Assembly (NCBI GenBank): GCA_018985235.1
Contig: JADGIG010000006.1
Location: 1-64,000, forward strand
From: Sanchytrium tribonematis
Lineage: Eukaryota
DNA length: 64,000 bases
Reading direction: 5' to 3'
Within the stretch, counting starts at the first letter, position 1. Each line of letters starts with the position of its first letter. The notes beneath the pieces are model-generated. The model worked only from the letters and a program-made list of their open reading frames with translations. It was not told the DNA's origin and searched no databases. Below, in pieces: positions 33,288-44,835 of this stretch. The position numbers and the translations under genes were made by a program.

Positions 33288-35070
33288 TTATTCATCTGTG
33301 ACGCAACCTTTGGACGCACTTGACACCGATTTTATAAACTTGTATAGCACACCACTTTTAACTTTATACTCAGGCGCTCTAAATAGCTTGGCCCTTTTTT
33401 TGAGTTCGGCATCTGAAACATTAAAGTTCATTAACCTTTTTTCTGCATCAATTTCCACAATGTCGCCTTCTTTGACTAATGCAATTGGCCCTCCAGTTTG
33501 AGCCTCGGGGCTTACATGTCCAATTATGAATCCGTGTGAGCCACCACTATATTATTCAAAAATACCTAAAACGACCATCTGTTATTAAAGCCACATCTTT
33601 TCCTAATCCTGCCCCCATTATCATAGATGTGGGATTAAGCATTTCTTTCATTCCCGGTCCTCCTTTGGGCCCTTCATAACGAATTATTAATACATCTCCT
33701 TTTTTAATTTGTTTTTCTTCAATTGCAATTAACAGGTCTTCTTCTTTATCAAAACATCTAGCTGGGCCTTTGAAGTAAAGTCCCTCCTTGCCTGTAATTT
33801 TGGCCACACTTCCCTCTGGCGCCAGATTTCCATACAAAATTTGAATATGACCTGTCTTTTTTATAGGTTTGGAAATAGGAAAAATGACTTTCTGACCTTC
33901 ACTTAAAGATGGGACTCGGCTTAAATTTTCAGCCATAGACATTCCAGTGACAGTCAAGCACTCACCGTGTATCCAGCCTTGTTCATATAGATATTTTAAT
34001 ACGGCAGGAACCCCTCCAACTTTATGAAGATCCTCCATCACATATTTTCCACTTGGCTTCATGTCGGCTAAGAAAGGTATCTTATCGCTGATCCTTTGCA
34101 CATCATCCAACGCCAAATCAACATTGGCAGATCTAGCCATTGCAATCAAATGTAGCACCGCATTTGTTGAGCCACCTAAAGCCATAGTCAAAACCAATGC
34201 GTTCTCAAAGCTTTTTTTCGTAAGTATATCCAATGGTTTAATGTCCTTTTCCATCAACATTCTCAAATAAGCACCTACTTGTTTACACTCTTCCATTTTT
34301 TCTTCATCGGTTGCTGGTGTGGAGGATGAGAATGGCAAACTTAATCCCATTGCCTCGATTGCTGAGGACATTGTGTTCGCAGTGTATAACCCACCACAAG
34401 CACCAGCGCCTGGGCAAGCATGTTTCACTATGTCTAATCGTTCCTCTTCTGTTATTTTACCACTAATATATTCCCCATAACTTTGAAATGCTGAAATAAT
34501 ATCGAGTGATTCATTAGGACGACAAGCTGCTTTTCCTGCTTTAATAGTGCCCCCATACACAATGATTGAGGGCCTATTCAGTCTGCAAAGACCGATGAAT
34601 GAGCCAGGCATATTTTTATCACAACCCGGAATTGCAACAAACCCATCATAATATTGCGCACCACCTACCGTCTCAATAGAATCTGCGATAATTTCTCTAC
34701 TAGGTAAGGAGTATGCCATGCCTGGTGTGCCATTACTGATCCCATCACTTACGCCAATAGCATTAAAGCGATATCCTATTAAATTTTGATCCTCTACACC
34801 TTCTTTCACATATGATCCAAGCTCATTTAAATGCATATTACAGGGATTTCCTTCCAGCCACATACTGCATATTCCTATTTGAGCCATATCGAGGTTTTGA
34901 TGCGGCTTTATAGTGCTGTACAATTGAGCCTGACCTGCACCTTGGGATTTTACCTGTGTTATGCGTTTCGAAGTTTTGTTTACTGGCGCGTTCGAATTCG
35001 TTTGCAAATTTTTGGTAAAATATCGGTATAATTGGGAACTACTTTTCCCATGTAAAACAATTGTATTCAT
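33288..35070 (-). CDS. ILV3: Dihydroxy-acid dehydratase, mitochondrial; exons 35070-33566, 33546-33288
   Basis: [56 protein letters not shown]. Confidence 0.98.
33547..33565 (-). other. 19-nt intron gtatttttgaataatatag
   Basis: Removal restores the invariant TDGRF|SGGSHG. Confidence 0.96.
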
Positions 35071-35230
35071 ACTTAAAATTTATCAAACACTTGGAGAACA
35101 TATCCAGGAAACTTCGTATTGTAACATCTGGTCAATTTACGAGGTTCGGTGTGGACCGAATCAGATATCTTCCGAGTTAAATAGAAAGGCCAAGAGTACG
35201 TTATGACGTCCGAAACGATAAAATTTCGAA

Positions 35231-36028
35231 ATGACTCAAAGTATAGAAGAGACAGGATTCAGCATATTTAATTACGCTTTAATGTTTTGGGGCGGTTCTG
35301 TTTGTTTAGCATTACAGTACATGCTACAAGCTATTTTCGTATTCTCTAAAAAGTCGTCGCATATGTTTATCCTAATCATATCAGGTCTGGCCATATGTCT
35401 TATTGAAATTTCGGTGGTGACCTTATTTTTGTATGTTTATGACGAAGATGAAGCTGTGGGATTGGGAATTGTTGTTGCTCTATTTTGGTTCGCTATGATT
35501 CAAATTACTACCATTTTGTATGTGAAGAGAATTCAATCTTTGGGATTTTTTACCTCATTTGACAAATACCTAAAATATCTTCCATATGCAGTTGGGGTTT
35601 TGGAAATACCCACCGTGGTTTCTATAATTTTGGATGGTCTCAATTTAGACTATTTCTCATACTATGATTTTTCAAGCATATCCTTTGCATCGCTTTCGAT
35701 TATACTAGAGGTAGTTCTTTATCTTTCACTCAATAGAAAACTCGAATTTATATTAGAATACAAACCTGCAGCATTGAAGAAAATTGCTTTTAATATAAGA
35801 ATTATGTTTGTATTGACAATTTTACTAGAGGTCGGAATCATAGCTTCAAAAGTGATGAAATGCAACTTAGACTTTTCAATTAGACCTTTCACACATATTC
35901 TTCGGATATTTGTTTTAATACAATTTTACAATGACCTACTGGTCAGCGTCAATAGAGATATGCAAAATCACCTAAGCCTTAAAATTCCTTCGTACTTGGC
36001 AGATTCATGCTACGCTGAAGAATTGTAA
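35231..36028 (+). CDS. Multi-pass membrane protein (6-7 TM), unknown function
   Basis: Regular hydrophobic helices; stop fused to AATAAA. Confidence 0.7.
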   Translation: MTQSIEETGFSIFNYALMFWGGSVCLALQYMLQAIFVFSKKSSHMFILIISGLAICLIEISVVTLFLYVYDEDEAVGLGIVVALFWFAMIQITTILYVKRIQSLGFFTSFDKYLKYLPYAVGVLEIPTVVSIILDGLNLDYFSYYDFSSISFASLSIILEVVLYLSLNRKLEFILEYKPAALKKIAFNIRIMFVLTILLEVGIIASKVMKCNLDFSIRPFTHILRIFVLIQFYNDLLVSVNRDMQNHLSLKIPSYLADSCYAEEL

Positions 36029-36206
36029 ATAAAATTTGTACTTTTCCAGTGAATTTGTTTTCCCTTTACATTTCTTCTTGCAAAAAAATTAGGGATCGTT
36101 GATATCGCCATATATTGTGATTGTGTTAAATTAACATGTGCGGTCTATTATAAAACTATCCTGGGCAAGATTAAAAACTTCAAAAAAGCGGGACTATTTT
36201 TCACAC

Positions 36207-39200
36207 ATGAAGCAGCCGCTGGAAGCTTATTTTGCATCAATTCAGCAGCTAATATTGAATAGACAATCCGCCGTCACAGGTCTCTTGCCTGCCAGTACAG
36301 CTATTAATAATCATGGCAATTATCAAGATGCTTGGGTTAGGGATAATGTTTATTCGATTTTATGCGTTTGGGGTTTGGCAATAGCTTACGAAAAGCAAGA
36401 TCATCCTCATCACCAACATTTGAAATACAGTGTCATTAAATTGATGAGAGGGTTGTTAGTTTCTATGATGAAGCAGTCTCATAAAGTTGAGCATTTTAAA
36501 CAAGGACAAAAGCTTCAAGACGCCTTACACGCAAAATATAACACAAATACTGGGGACACTGTTGTTGGGGATCACCAATGGGGACATTTACAAATAGACG
36601 CAACCAGTTTGTTTTTGTTAATTTTGGCACAAATGACGACTTACGGATACCAGATTATTTATAGCTTAGATGAAGTCGACTTTGTTCAAAATCTTGTTTA
36701 TTACATCGAAAGAGCCTACAGAACTCCAGATTACGGTATTTGGGAGCGAGGAAATAAATTAAATCTTGGTGAGACGGAACTCAATTCAAGTTCCATCGGT
36801 ATGGCATGTGCTGCTCTACAGGCAATCAATAATGTCAATTTGTTTGGTGCATCTGGTGGAGTGAAAAGCGTTATTCATTGTCTACCTGACGAAATTACTC
36901 GGAATTATATTATTTTGCATGCTGCACTACCTCGTGAAAGTCATTCGAAAGAAATTGACGCCGCCCTGCTCAGCGTTATTGGATTTCCTGCATTTGCAGT
37001 TCAAGATGAACATCTCATTCAAAAAACTAGGCAGGAAATTGTGGAAAAACTTCAAGGCAACTATGGCCTTAAACGATTTCTTAGAGACGGTCACCAAACT
37101 GAGTTGGAAGATACCAGAAGACTCCACTATGAGCCTCATGAGCTACAAGTGTTTGAAAATATAGAGAGCGAATGGCCCTTGTTTTACACTTACTTAATCT
37201 TGGAAGGTTTGTTTTATCAAAATGGTACTATGGTACAAGATTATATGGACAAGATCAAAAAATGCCTTGTGACAGATCCAGAATATCCATATCCTTTACT
37301 GCCCGAGTTATTTTATGTCCCAAAGTCTTTAGTTGAGAACGAAAAAGCGAATCCGAATTCACAGATTAGGCAACCTAACGAGAACATTCCTTTGGTGTGG
37401 GCACAGTCTTTGTACATGTTAGCTAATTTAATTATAGACAAACATATTAATATCAATGATCTTGATCCACTCGGTCGTAGATTCTTGCCCGTTTTGCAGA
37501 GAAAAATGCACTCTGATGTCGTGGTTCAGATAAGTTTTATAAGTGAGGATTTTAACCTTCAGCACAAGCTGAACCAATATGGACTTGAAACTCAAGCTCT
37601 TAGTCAGGTAAACTTAAATATTTGCGACTCGAAGGCCTTGAAAAAAGCTTATACTGCCTTAGGGCAAAACTCCAAATTGAAACTTAGTGGTAGACCTGAA
37701 AGACCCATGGGAGTCCTAAGTACTTCTAGGCTTTACCGAATCAAAGGTCAAACATATGCTTTTACACCTAGCTTTATGGATATTGAAGAGTTTTATCTTA
37801 CCTCCGACAATGAGTTTTTGATGAGCATTTTTGAAAATGAAGTGCAATTTATAAAAAACTACTGGACATTTACAGGCAGACCTACTATGGTTATATTGCT
37901 AACACACAATATGATGAATTTAGAAAAGTATCCTCAAAGTGCTCTCTTAAAATTTCTCATTAATTTAACGACGGGTCACTGCCAGAATACTCGTGTTCAT
38001 GTAGGAAGATTAAATGAGCTTGTACCAACTAGTTGCGTAGAAAGCCTCGATTTTCTAGCAGATAAATATTCAGATTGGGAATCCTCCATTAAATTTCAAA
38101 ACCATGCTCTCAAAAAACTCAACTTTTCAGAAGCGGAATTAAATAGGGAAACCGTGTATCATGCAACAAGAAGAGCTCATTCGAAAAGAAAAAGTGCAAC
38201 CTCTATTGTTGGGTTGACAGCTTTGACTAGTCCCTTGGATATGCAAGAAGATTTATTTAAATCTCCTATTGGAATGAGTTTGCAAAAGCTTCAAGAGCCT
38301 GCTCAATTTTTCTTTGAAGATTCTCCTCCAATGCAGTCTCCACCAAAAGATGAATTGCCTGCTGATAGACTGCAATTCGAAATGGGTACGGACACGCACA
38401 TCAAAGAGGCTATTTTGTATTTGGTGATTAGTGAAAACATATACGACCAGGCTGACATATTGCAATATATCTGCAGTTGTCGGCCTTTGAGTTTCTATGT
38501 TGAGGAATTGTCCAGCACAGTACATGAATTAGTGGAAGAATTGTATGAGAAAGCGATGAACTTTCGCATTTGGAACATTGTTCGAATTTGTGCCGGGCTT
38601 CTTCGAAAAATGGTTAATTCATTGGCTATCAACATTACTGACTTATTGATCCGTCAAAAACAAATAACTATTCATTACGAGAACGAATATATTATTCACA
38701 CACCATTACCGCCAGATCTACTCAAGTCAGTCGTTTATGATACGGTAGAAGACATAAGACAAGGTCCCCTAATTCAGGAAATTTTGACAAGCTTAGGGAC
38801 TCTGATTCGAGCAGATCCGAAATTGTTTAGTGGAATTTTGAGAATTAAGACATTTTATATAATTTTAGCAATGCGAGAGCAAGTTCAGTACACCAGATTG
38901 TGTAGCATAGATGAGGCTATAGAGTATCTAATGCAAATGAGTCCCTATAACATTCATAAACTGCTTGAATCAATTTTGAGCCAAAAGCAAAAGAGAGTCA
39001 TAGACCATAAAAATAAGACAAGTATTACGGTGGATGTGAAAAGTGGTACAGATGCAATTTTGACCATTAATAAGCAGAATATTGCTCTTGAACTTGGATT
39101 GAATGTTGTTGCGATCGACAGAAATACCGGAAAAGCGTTGGAGATTATATGCTTCACTAAAGAATTCGAGGAATTAACCAGCTTAATAGAAATGCTAGAC

Positions 39201-40176
39201 CAAGGTACCATCGTTGTCATGGTTGTCAAAGGTAACGTGGCTTTAAGTCCTTCCATTCATGATGCCTGTAAATCTATCGGCAGTGTATTTGTTCATCAAA
39301 TAATGGAAGGAGATGGTTGGTGTATGATTGGAGAAAAAGGTGCCACACCTGGAACTGTAGCTGAAGGTTATCAACAAAGTGGCTCGACGCCGAAAATATC
39401 GAGACTTTTCGATAATATACATGGAGACGGAGTTATATATCCAAAAAATAGCATAATGACTAGTGGTCCAAGTCATGGTACAATTAATTTATTTAGGTAA
39501 ATGGTTAAGAAAAAGAAAAAATGATGGTGCACTTAATCGAGTGCCATTGAATTTTTATCCAAAAGTATATTATGTTTTGGAAAGATGTGAAGGATTGCAA
39601 ATAGAAAATCAAGTACTTCCTAGAAATCCAACGGTGAGTGAGAAGACAGCTCAAGAATTAAACTTTGCTTATCAAGTGGAAGCATTTTTAGATAAGACTA
39701 CTAGAGATCCTGCAGAGAGACAAATAATTGTTGAAATTTTGGTTGTTTTGTACAATATCTTTATCGGACAATCTGATGTTGGTGTAATGGAAACTCACTT
39801 TAGCAAAAATATTCATGTCACAAAGGAAAAGAAAATCAGAAATGACGAAATAATCGATGTTTCTAACATCCTTCATCGAGCATTATCAAATTACTGGAAC
39901 GATTGGATTACGAAAAGAACAAACTCGATCCAGAAGCATCACTTTGTTGAAGACACAAGCAGTAGTCCAACTGATTTGTCTGAGACAAACTTGAAAACCA
40001 CCTCTTCTTCCAAGAGCCTGCAAATGAGTATGGAAAGTGAGGTTGAAATTCCAAATCATTCAGATTTTCTAGGTTTTGAAGGAAATATTGGGCATGCAAA
40101 GAGATTATTTTATGACCTTCAAAGACACGGCAAAGTGGGTACTTTAAATTACATCCATAAGTGTGTGAAGTTGTAA
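36207..40176 (+). CDS. Phosphorylase b kinase regulatory alpha/beta-like subunit (GH15-like); exons 36207-39477, 39497-40176
   Basis: TGLLPAS, DAWVRDNVY, WGHLQIDA, PDYGIWERG, LPRES.SKEIDA, RFLRDG, GKWLRKRKNDGALNRVP. Confidence 0.92.
39478..39496 (+). other. 19-nt intron gtacaattaatttatttag
   Basis: Removal gives PSH|GKWLRKRKNDGALNRVP. Confidence 0.93.
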
Positions 40177-40194
40177 TCGAATAAATTAATTTTA

Positions 40195-40641
40195 TTATTC
40201 GTAAATTTTGCTGTGAAGAGGATGTTCCCAAGAGATTACACCTTCAGGAAACCACAACTCGATTTCCTTCTTAGCATTTTCAACAGTGTCACTTCCATGG
40301 CAAATGTTTCTACCAATGTCAATTGAGAAATCACCTCTGATGCTGCCAGGTAAAGAGTCAAAAGGATTGGTAGCTCCAAGCATTTGACGGCCCATCTTGA
40401 CAACATTTTTACCTTGGTAAACCATGCAGACAACAGGTCCAGATAACATGGTTGAAATCATTTTTGGGAAGAAAGGCTTGTCTTTCAAATCTCCGTAGTG
40501 CTTTTCTAAATGCTCTTTGCTTGGTTTTGCCATCTTTAAAGCAACCAATTGATACCCACGTTGCTCAAATCTTTTGATGATGTCACCAACAAGTGAACGA
40601 GCAACACCATCGGGCTTAATCATAATATAAGTTTGTTCCAT
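40195..40641 (-). CDS. NDK1: Nucleoside diphosphate kinase
   Basis: [34 protein letters not shown]. Confidence 0.98.
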   Translation of the reverse strand: MEQTYIMIKPDGVARSLVGDIIKRFEQRGYQLVALKMAKPSKEHLEKHYGDLKDKPFFPKMISTMLSGPVVCMVYQGKNVVKMGRQMLGATNPFDSLPGSIRGDFSIDIGRNICHGSDTVENAKKEIELWFPEGVISWEHPLHSKIYE

Positions 40642-40680
40642 TTCTTTCAAGGATATTGTCACGAACAACTTTTGTATACA

Positions 40681-40686
40681 CACGTG
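40681..40686. promoter_or_regulatory. CACGTG (Cbf1/E-box) upstream of NDK
   Basis: About 40 nt upstream of the ATG; the same motif precedes RPS19 and RPS12. Confidence 0.45.
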
Positions 40687-40702
40687 CACCCCTATTAGGT
40701 AA

Positions 40703-43279
40703 TCAGTCGGAGATAAGTGTTTGGGTGCTTTTCCCGGACGAGTTGTACAAATGCTCTTTCATCTTGACTTGCATTTCTTTTATACTACGCTCTAGTTCTT
40801 TCTGAGCTTTGAACTTGTTGTTTAGCTCCTCAAAATAAGATTCCTTTAAACCATCTATCATACTTCGTAGAACTTGATTATCAGTACCATCGGCAATCAT
40901 GTTCATGCGCATATTATCATAATTGAGCTTATGAGATGCACCTTCTTTAATAGACTTTGATAGTTCGTCGTTGAGACGCTCTTTTTCAACTTCAGCTGTC
41001 ATCAAAAGTCCATTTACTCTTTCGAATTCTATCATAACACCATCCAGATCTGCATTCATTCGCTGCTCTCTTTTCTCAGATTCTATCAAAGTCTTTTCGA
41101 ATTTTTCAATCTTGAGTTTTAGATTTCGAGATTCTTCCATGGCTTGTTGACCGATTTCATTCCCAGCGGATAAATTATTAATGTCCTTTTGCAAAAGCTC
41201 AACATTTTGTAACAGCTCTTCTTTATCAGACGTAAGTGTATTCTTTTCCTCAAGAATAAGGTCATACTTACTTTTCATCGCAGACATTTGGTTTTGCACC
41301 TCGAAAAGCCTGTCTTGTGCATCTGACTTTGCTTTTATAAATTCGTTTTGTTGGTTTTGTATATCTGCTAGCTTTTGTTTTGTATCATTATAGTCTTTTT
41401 CAAGAGATGTCATTTTCAAATCTCTTTCTTTAAATGAGTTTTTAAGATCTCCAGTAGCATTAAGATTAAGCTCCAGCTCTTCTGCAAGACCTTTGTTGGT
41501 GTTACTAAGACTTTCTATTTCAATCTGGCATTTCTTCAAAGCTTCATCGACTTCCATTTTTTCTTTTTTACATATATTAAAATTTTCTATTAATGAATTG
41601 AACTTAGATCTACTATGATTTAAAAGAATTCTATATCCAAATGCCCGAATTCTATAGTCAGTTAATTGCTGTCTCACTTCGTTCAAATTGTCATCTTGAG
41701 ACTGGGCGACATCCTTGAAAGCTTTGAAACTATCTTGGTGTTGCGCTGACAGTTCATCTATTTCCTCTTGGTTTTGGGCTTTGATCTTCTCCAAGTTGCG
41801 ATCGAATTCTGATTGTTTTTCTTCAAGTTCATTCAATTGTTCGGTTAGCTGATTAATTACATCATCTTTGTCTCTAAGATCATTCGACAATTCGTCAATC
41901 CGCTTTTCCATAATTTCCTCAGTTTTTTGCTGCATTGCGCGAATTCTTCTTTCGCTGTCTGCCATAAGCTCAATTTTCTCGTTTTCTAATTCTTGGATCT
42001 TACTTTCCAATGATCCATTTTCTTTCTCCGAATTTTCTAACCATTCTTGTTTCTCTTTTTGAATATCTTTCATTTGCTTTTCGAGATAAGAATTCTCAGT
42101 TTTCAGACTGTCTAACTGGTCTTGGAGATCAAACAAGCCTGGATCTTTCACAGAATTTTGATATGAATCAATTAAATCGCTGTTATTGTCAGACTTAGAA
42201 TTGAGTTTATCCTCAAGGTCAGCAATTTTATGTTTGAGATCCAAGTTTTCTTCCTCTAAATCCTTTTTTTTCGATGATGGCATAAAAAATTTATCAATAG
42301 CATTTTTAGTTGGTTCGGCACTAGATTCTGAGGAACTGCGTCTTCTTGCTCTCAATGGTGGGCTCGGTGGGACGCTTTTCTCATTCTGGTCCCAAATATG
42401 ATATACATAGTCAGTAAATGTTAAAAGCAACACAGTGAAATCTTCTAGGTCAAAATCCCCAATACTAATTGAAGCAGCATCGTCTATTAGTGATGAGTTC
42501 TGCGTTAGTGTCTTTTTGACAAACAAATCGTCAGGAACAGAAGGCAGTAGAATTCCAATCTGTTGAAATAAGTTATTTAGCCTATTCATAGTTCGCTCCT
42601 TAATGCTTAATTCGTCATACAATTCCTCTATTTCTAATTTAAGGTCCTTCACTTTGGTTTTTAAAATACCAGAATCTTCGTTTTTAGGCACTGGAGATGA
42701 TCGCCCTACACTTTCATTCTCTAATTTGGAGTCAGCTTTAATTATATTATTTGGATCTAACTCATATAGATCTATTTTTCGTTGCAAATCCTCCGTAGTA
42801 ACTCTTAGTTCAACTATTTCTTCGCTTTTTTCTAAACTTTTTACAAAATATTCTTCACAAAGACAATGTAAAATACCCAAAAAATGTTGAAACAATTGCC
42901 TTTCTAAATCCAGCATCTCTCTCTGAAGTTTTCCTATTTCTCTCTTATTCGCATTTCTGTCCTGATCTTTAAACCGCTTAACTTCTTTTCTTTTTCTACC
43001 AAGAGTTTTTAAGATATCCTTGGCTTCTAAGTTGGGTAAAATATAAACTTTGTTTCCAGTGTTTTTCGACTTTTCACTGTGATTATCCAGAAACGGCGTC
43101 ATAACTTGGTGATCCTCGCCTAAATATAAATGAGTATATCTTCTTGTTTGCTGTAATGCAAAATTAACACACTCTCCAAATTGACGTTGTTTATGCTCCT
43201 CAATGCATGTAAATTCATCCACAAAATTTCCGCTACGAAATTTGAGCATAATGGTTTTCCGTATTTTGTTGTTTGACAT
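40703..43279 (-). CDS. Long coiled-coil protein, possibly with an N-terminal Uds1-like domain
   Basis: Extended heptads; [24 protein letters not shown] resembles the Uds1 motif (from memory). Confidence 0.7.
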   Translation of the reverse strand: MSNNKIRKTIMLKFRSGNFVDEFTCIEEHKQRQFGECVNFALQQTRRYTHLYLGEDHQVMTPFLDNHSEKSKNTGNKVYILPNLEAKDILKTLGRKRKEVKRFKDQDRNANKREIGKLQREMLDLERQLFQHFLGILHCLCEEYFVKSLEKSEEIVELRVTTEDLQRKIDLYELDPNNIIKADSKLENESVGRSSPVPKNEDSGILKTKVKDLKLEIEELYDELSIKERTMNRLNNLFQQIGILLPSVPDDLFVKKTLTQNSSLIDDAASISIGDFDLEDFTVLLLTFTDYVYHIWDQNEKSVPPSPPLRARRRSSSESSAEPTKNAIDKFFMPSSKKKDLEEENLDLKHKIADLEDKLNSKSDNNSDLIDSYQNSVKDPGLFDLQDQLDSLKTENSYLEKQMKDIQKEKQEWLENSEKENGSLESKIQELENEKIELMADSERRIRAMQQKTEEIMEKRIDELSNDLRDKDDVINQLTEQLNELEEKQSEFDRNLEKIKAQNQEEIDELSAQHQDSFKAFKDVAQSQDDNLNEVRQQLTDYRIRAFGYRILLNHSRSKFNSLIENFNICKKEKMEVDEALKKCQIEIESLSNTNKGLAEELELNLNATGDLKNSFKERDLKMTSLEKDYNDTKQKLADIQNQQNEFIKAKSDAQDRLFEVQNQMSAMKSKYDLILEEKNTLTSDKEELLQNVELLQKDINNLSAGNEIGQQAMEESRNLKLKIEKFEKTLIESEKREQRMNADLDGVMIEFERVNGLLMTAEVEKERLNDELSKSIKEGASHKLNYDNMRMNMIADGTDNQVLRSMIDGLKESYFEELNNKFKAQKELERSIKEMQVKMKEHLYNSSGKSTQTLISD

Positions 43280-43460
43280 TTTCAAAAATTGTTTGTTTCA
43301 AAGATGTGCGACCAAACGTATTTATTTTCCAAAATTGATGTCGATTGGGATCACGTATATTACCAGCCTTTGGTTTGTTGTCTATGCAGTCCAAGCAGAT
43401 CTGTCAATTACGTTGATTTATTTATTTGGGAATTCCCCTTTTGCAACCAATTACTTCCAG

Positions 43461-43886
43461 ATGAAAGAGCAAAGTGCCAAAAGACCTGTTGCTGTTGCAA
43501 GAGTTCCCAATGTCAAAAAACCGAGAGATCCAAGATTTGATCAGTTTCGTCCGCTTGATTTTCATCAATTTACTAACAATTATGGGTTTTTAAGGGAACA
43601 GCAATATGCAGAAATTCAATTACTAAAAGACAAAATTAAAAAAGAGCCAAATGAGGAACTCATACGGCAATTGCAAATATTAGTTGATAGAAGGAAGTCT
43701 AGAATGCAACAAGAAAGGAACGCGAATTCAGCCCGAAAAGAAAAGAAAGAAGAAATCGCAAAAGTGTTGCATGGAAAAAAGCCATTTTACAAAAAGTCTG
43801 TTCAACAGCAGCAGCCCAAAAGCAAAAAAAGAAAGAGCAAGAACAAATTTAGAAAAGAAGAGAAGATTCCACTAGGATTTCAGTAA
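43461..43886 (+). CDS. RRP36: rRNA biogenesis protein Rrp36
   Basis: EQSAKRPV, RDPRFD, NYGFL, GKKPFYKKS; start uncertain. Confidence 0.85.
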   Translation: MKEQSAKRPVAVARVPNVKKPRDPRFDQFRPLDFHQFTNNYGFLREQQYAEIQLLKDKIKKEPNEELIRQLQILVDRRKSRMQQERNANSARKEKKEEIAKVLHGKKPFYKKSVQQQQPKSKKRKSKNKFRKEEKIPLGFQ

Positions 43887-43942
43887 ATAGCTATTAAAAT
43901 TAGTATTTTTCTCTCACGATTGAAAACTTGGGGAAAATTCAA

Positions 43943-44803
43943 ATGGAAATCCCATCAGATCGATATGTAATCGCTGCCTATATGCTTTTGTTATATATAA
44001 ATTTACTGGGACCATTTGGTTTTAATTACACTGAGTCTATCACGCTATCCGATAAAATTGGTTACTCATGGCATATTGAAAATAGAACTTTTTATGTAAG
44101 TGTTAAAGATATTAACGTATGGGAAAAAGTGCAGTTTGAATCTATATCAAGTCTGCAAGAATTTAAAGAATATAAGATACAAGTATTTGACGATGAGTTC
44201 TGCTTCAAATTAATCGATGATCATTACGATGAATATCAATTTGTAAAAGAGTTTCCTGTTGGGGTCATGAAAAGTGATTTTTGCAGATATCTTATTATAT
44301 ACCACTATGGCGGGGTGTACGTAGATTCAGATGTTGTAGTTTATAAAAATCCTGAAAATTGGATGCAAACCATCTTAAAAGGACCCACTGGACTGATAGT
44401 CGGTTTAGAGTCCCTTACTTTCGAAAATTATTCCAAATATTATTTCTGTGGACCATATCAGATTGTTCAGTGGTCATTTGCTGCGTTGCCCAAGCACCCT
44501 GTCCTACTTCACGTTATAGAAATTATTTCCGAAAAATACAAAGCTGACAAGAAACAGTTTGAGAATCCGCATGCCGCTGTACCTTTAACTGGTCCCTGTG
44601 TAATGACTCAGGCTATAGATTCCCATGTCAAAGAACATAACAAAACCATTGAGGCACTTATTAATGCTCCTGCTAAAATAGGGGATGTTTATATTGGACC
44701 AGTACATCAATTCAACTGCGGTCAAAAATACGATGGAATATACTATGAATGCTCTAACAGATACACCGTTTTGAAGCATTTGTATGCGGGAAGGTGGAAA
44801 TAA
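43943..44803 (+). CDS. Glycosyltransferase family 32 (OCH1-like DxD)
   Basis: N-terminal TM, KSDFCRYLIIYHYGGVYVDSD, QIVQW.FAA.PKHP, TGP, HLYAGRWK. Confidence 0.9.
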   Translation: MEIPSDRYVIAAYMLLLYINLLGPFGFNYTESITLSDKIGYSWHIENRTFYVSVKDINVWEKVQFESISSLQEFKEYKIQVFDDEFCFKLIDDHYDEYQFVKEFPVGVMKSDFCRYLIIYHYGGVYVDSDVVVYKNPENWMQTILKGPTGLIVGLESLTFENYSKYYFCGPYQIVQWSFAALPKHPVLLHVIEIISEKYKADKKQFENPHAAVPLTGPCVMTQAIDSHVKEHNKTIEALINAPAKIGDVYIGPVHQFNCGQKYDGIYYECSNRYTVLKHLYAGRWK

Positions 44804-44835
44804 TTTATGGTGAATAAAAATATTTTTTTGAAAAC

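Noticed and set aside
33241..33501. 86-aa plus-strand ORF
   Set aside because: It is the antisense of the last ILV3 exon.
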